Shown: positions 62,415 through 64,000 of the stretch, piece by piece
Numbering within the stretch: position 1 is the first letter of the stretch
Layout of the letters: each line of letters begins with the position of its first letter
NCBI GenBank assembly: GCA_947259495.1
Contig: CAMYLV010000008.1
Coordinates: forward strand, 71,939 to 135,938
Direction: 5' to 3'
Length of the DNA: 64,000 nt
From: an uncultured Desulfobacterales bacterium
GTDB lineage: Bacteria; Desulfobacterota; Desulfobacteria; Desulfobacterales; JAHEIW01
Translations under genes and position numbers: made by a program
The notes under the pieces: model-generated
Told to the model about the DNA's origin: nothing
The model's input: only the letters and a program-made list of their open reading frames with translations
The model's database searches: none

Positions 62415-64000
62415 ATGAGACCCTATTTTGAAAAAATGAAAGCATTTGGACAAGAACTTAAACCCGGACAGATTAAAAGCACCGAGGCCAGCGTTAAGCA
62501 GATACAGGAAGTCGAAGCCCTGGTGGCCGAAGCCATAGAAAAGGTCAAAAACGCCGGCATGCCGACTGAAAAGATCAACGCCCGGGGGCAATTGACCGTC
62601 TGGCAGCGTCTGGAGTACCTGGTGGACCCCGGTACCTGGAATCCGCTACATACCCTTTACAATCCCGAAGATAACACCGAAGGCACCACCAATGTGATCG
62701 ACGGCCTGGCCAAAATCTCGGGCAAATGGGCCGTTGTCATCGGCTTTGACAACAAGGTTTATGCCGGGGCCTGGATACCCGGACAGGCTGAAAACGTATT
62801 CCGGTGCACCGACCTTGCCAAACGCTTGAACATCCCGCTTGTCTGGCTGGTCAACTGCAGCGGCGTCAAATTAACCGAACAGGAAAAATTTTATGCTGAT
62901 CGCCGTGGCTCCGGCACCACCTTTTTTCGGCATGCCGAGCTCAATCAGGCCGGTGTACCCATTCTGGCAGCTATTTACGGCACCAACCCGGCCGGCGGCG
63001 GGTACCAGGGCATTAGCCCCACCATCCTGTTTGCCCACAAAGACTGTAACATCGCCGTGGGCGGCGGCGGCATTTTAAGCGGCATGTCGCCCAAGGGCTA
63101 CTTTGACCTAGACGGTGCCGAACAACTGATTGCGGCCGCCAAGCAATTCAAGGTTGAGCCGCCCGGATCGACAAAAATCCATTATGATGAGACCGGATTT
63201 TTCCGGTATGTCTTTGAAACAGAAGAAGAGGTTTTAGACGGTATCAAAGAGTATATGAAAGACATGCCGGCCTATAATCCGAAATTTTTCCGTGTGGCAG
63301 AGCCTAAAGAACCGCGGTTTCCCCAGGAAGATCTCTATCACCTGGTGCCCTTCAACCAGAAAGCCATGTATAATTTTGATGAGATTCTGGCGCGCCTGGT
63401 TGACGGCAGCGAGCATATGGAATACCGGCCGGATTACGGCCCCGAGGTATACACCGGACTGGTTAAAATTGACGGTTACCTTATGGGCGTGATCAGCAAT
63501 CGCCAGGGCTTTTTTGGCGAGGATTATCCCGAATACGCTGATTATGCAGGCATCGGCGGCAAACTCTATCGCCAGGGACTAATCAAAATGAATGAGTTCG
63601 TCACCCATTGCGGCCGGGATCGCGTCCCGGTCATCTGGTTTCAGGATACCAGCGGCATCGATGTGGGCGACATCGCCGAAAAAGCCGAACTACTGGGACT
63701 TGGGCAGGCGCTTATTTATTCCATCCAGCAAACCGATGTGCCCATGATGCTGGTTCTGCTTAGAAAAGGAACCGCGGCCGCTCATTATATCATGGGGGGA
63801 CCCACGGCTAACCGCCATAATGCAATTACCCTGGGTACACCGACTACCGAAATCTACGTGATGCATGGTGAAACCGCGGCGGCAGCCAGTTTCTCCCGCC
63901 GCCTGGTCAAGGAAAAAGCTGCCGGCAGACCGCTGGAGCCGATTATTGAAGAAATGAACAAACTGGTCAAGGAATATTACGACTACTCCAGACCCATCTA
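62415..64000 (+). CDS. acyl-CoA carboxyltransferase, glutaconyl-/methylmalonyl-CoA decarboxylase alpha-subunit type (partial; runs off the right edge)
   Basis: Hand-read frame from the ATG at 62415 (GGAGGAGG SD): MRPYFEKMKAFGQELKPG...ARGQLTVWQRLEYLVDPGTW...VIGFDNKVYAGAW...GTNPAGGGYQG. No stop before 64000, so it is absent from the ORF track. Confidence 0.8.
   Translation, partial: MRPYFEKMKAFGQELKPGQIKSTEASVKQIQEVEALVAEAIEKVKNAGMPTEKINARGQLTVWQRLEYLVDPGTWNPLHTLYNPEDNTEGTTNVIDGLAKISGKWAVVIGFDNKVYAGAWIPGQAENVFRCTDLAKRLNIPLVWLVNCSGVKLTEQEKFYADRRGSGTTFFRHAELNQAGVPILAAIYGTNPAGGGYQGISPTILFAHKDCNIAVGGGGILSGMSPKGYFDLDGAEQLIAAAKQFKVEPPGSTKIHYDETGFFRYVFETEEEVLDGIKEYMKDMPAYNPKFFRVAEPKEPRFPQEDLYHLVPFNQKAMYNFDEILARLVDGSEHMEYRPDYGPEVYTGLVKIDGYLMGVISNRQGFFGEDYPEYADYAGIGGKLYRQGLIKMNEFVTHCGRDRVPVIWFQDTSGIDVGDIAEKAELLGLGQALIYSIQQTDVPMMLVLLRKGTAAAHYIMGGPTANRHNAITLGTPTTEIYVMHGETAAAASFSRRLVKEKAAGRPLEPIIEEMNKLVKEYYDYSRPI

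Overview
64-kb chromosomal window with about 57 protein-coding genes on both strands. I found no rRNA, tRNA or CRISPR array by eye. The gene content (2-oxoacid:ferredoxin oxidoreductase, glutaconyl/methylmalonyl-CoA decarboxylase-type carboxyltransferase with a biotin carrier, tandem MoeA genes, Tat-dependent TRAP transporter, AmmeMemoRadiSam radical SAM enzyme, ftsE-ftsX-envC-ctp-yibQ block) suggests an anaerobic Desulfobacterota/deltaproteobacterium-like genome; this is inference only.

Main blocks:
- 0.5-7.1 kb: minus-strand run of O-methyltransferase, SDR, amidohydrolase, lipoprotein, glycosyltransferase and 3-methyladenine glycosylase.
- 7.2-11.3 kb: transglutaminase-like protein plus an ABC exporter pair.
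- 11.4-18.2 kb: visibly GC-richer SOS mutagenesis cassette, lexA-DUF72-imuB-dnaE2, with no imuA.
- 18-26 kb: miscellaneous accessory genes (BNR-like, GNAT, DUF1330, HTH, DUF1501/DUF1800, GT9).
- 26.5-27.3 kb: AT-rich non-coding gap.
- 28.6-31.8 kb: TRAP transporter.
- 35.9-39.3 kb: moeA pair.
- 39.4-51 kb: uppP, dnaJ, queD, pyrE, tolC and the ftsEX block.
- 51-57.7 kb: signalling genes.
- 57.9-64 kb: korAB and acyl-CoA carboxyltransferase genes.

The stand-out feature is a dispersed family of at least 12 intergenic elements. Each is built from two inverted arrays of tandem 7-8-nt units around an A-rich/ATGAAA core. One copy carries an intact four-helix-bundle gene (23S rRNA intervening-sequence protein / Avd-like family). 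Three copies carry decayed fragments of such a gene, and the rest are gene-less. Three copies sit directly 5' of lexA, imuB and dnaE2. Each copy uses its own repeat-unit 'flavour', yet its two arms stay complementary, which argues for selection on a hairpin.

A second, unrelated palindromic repeat family (GTTGTCAAAAAAACGTT hairpin) occurs three times.
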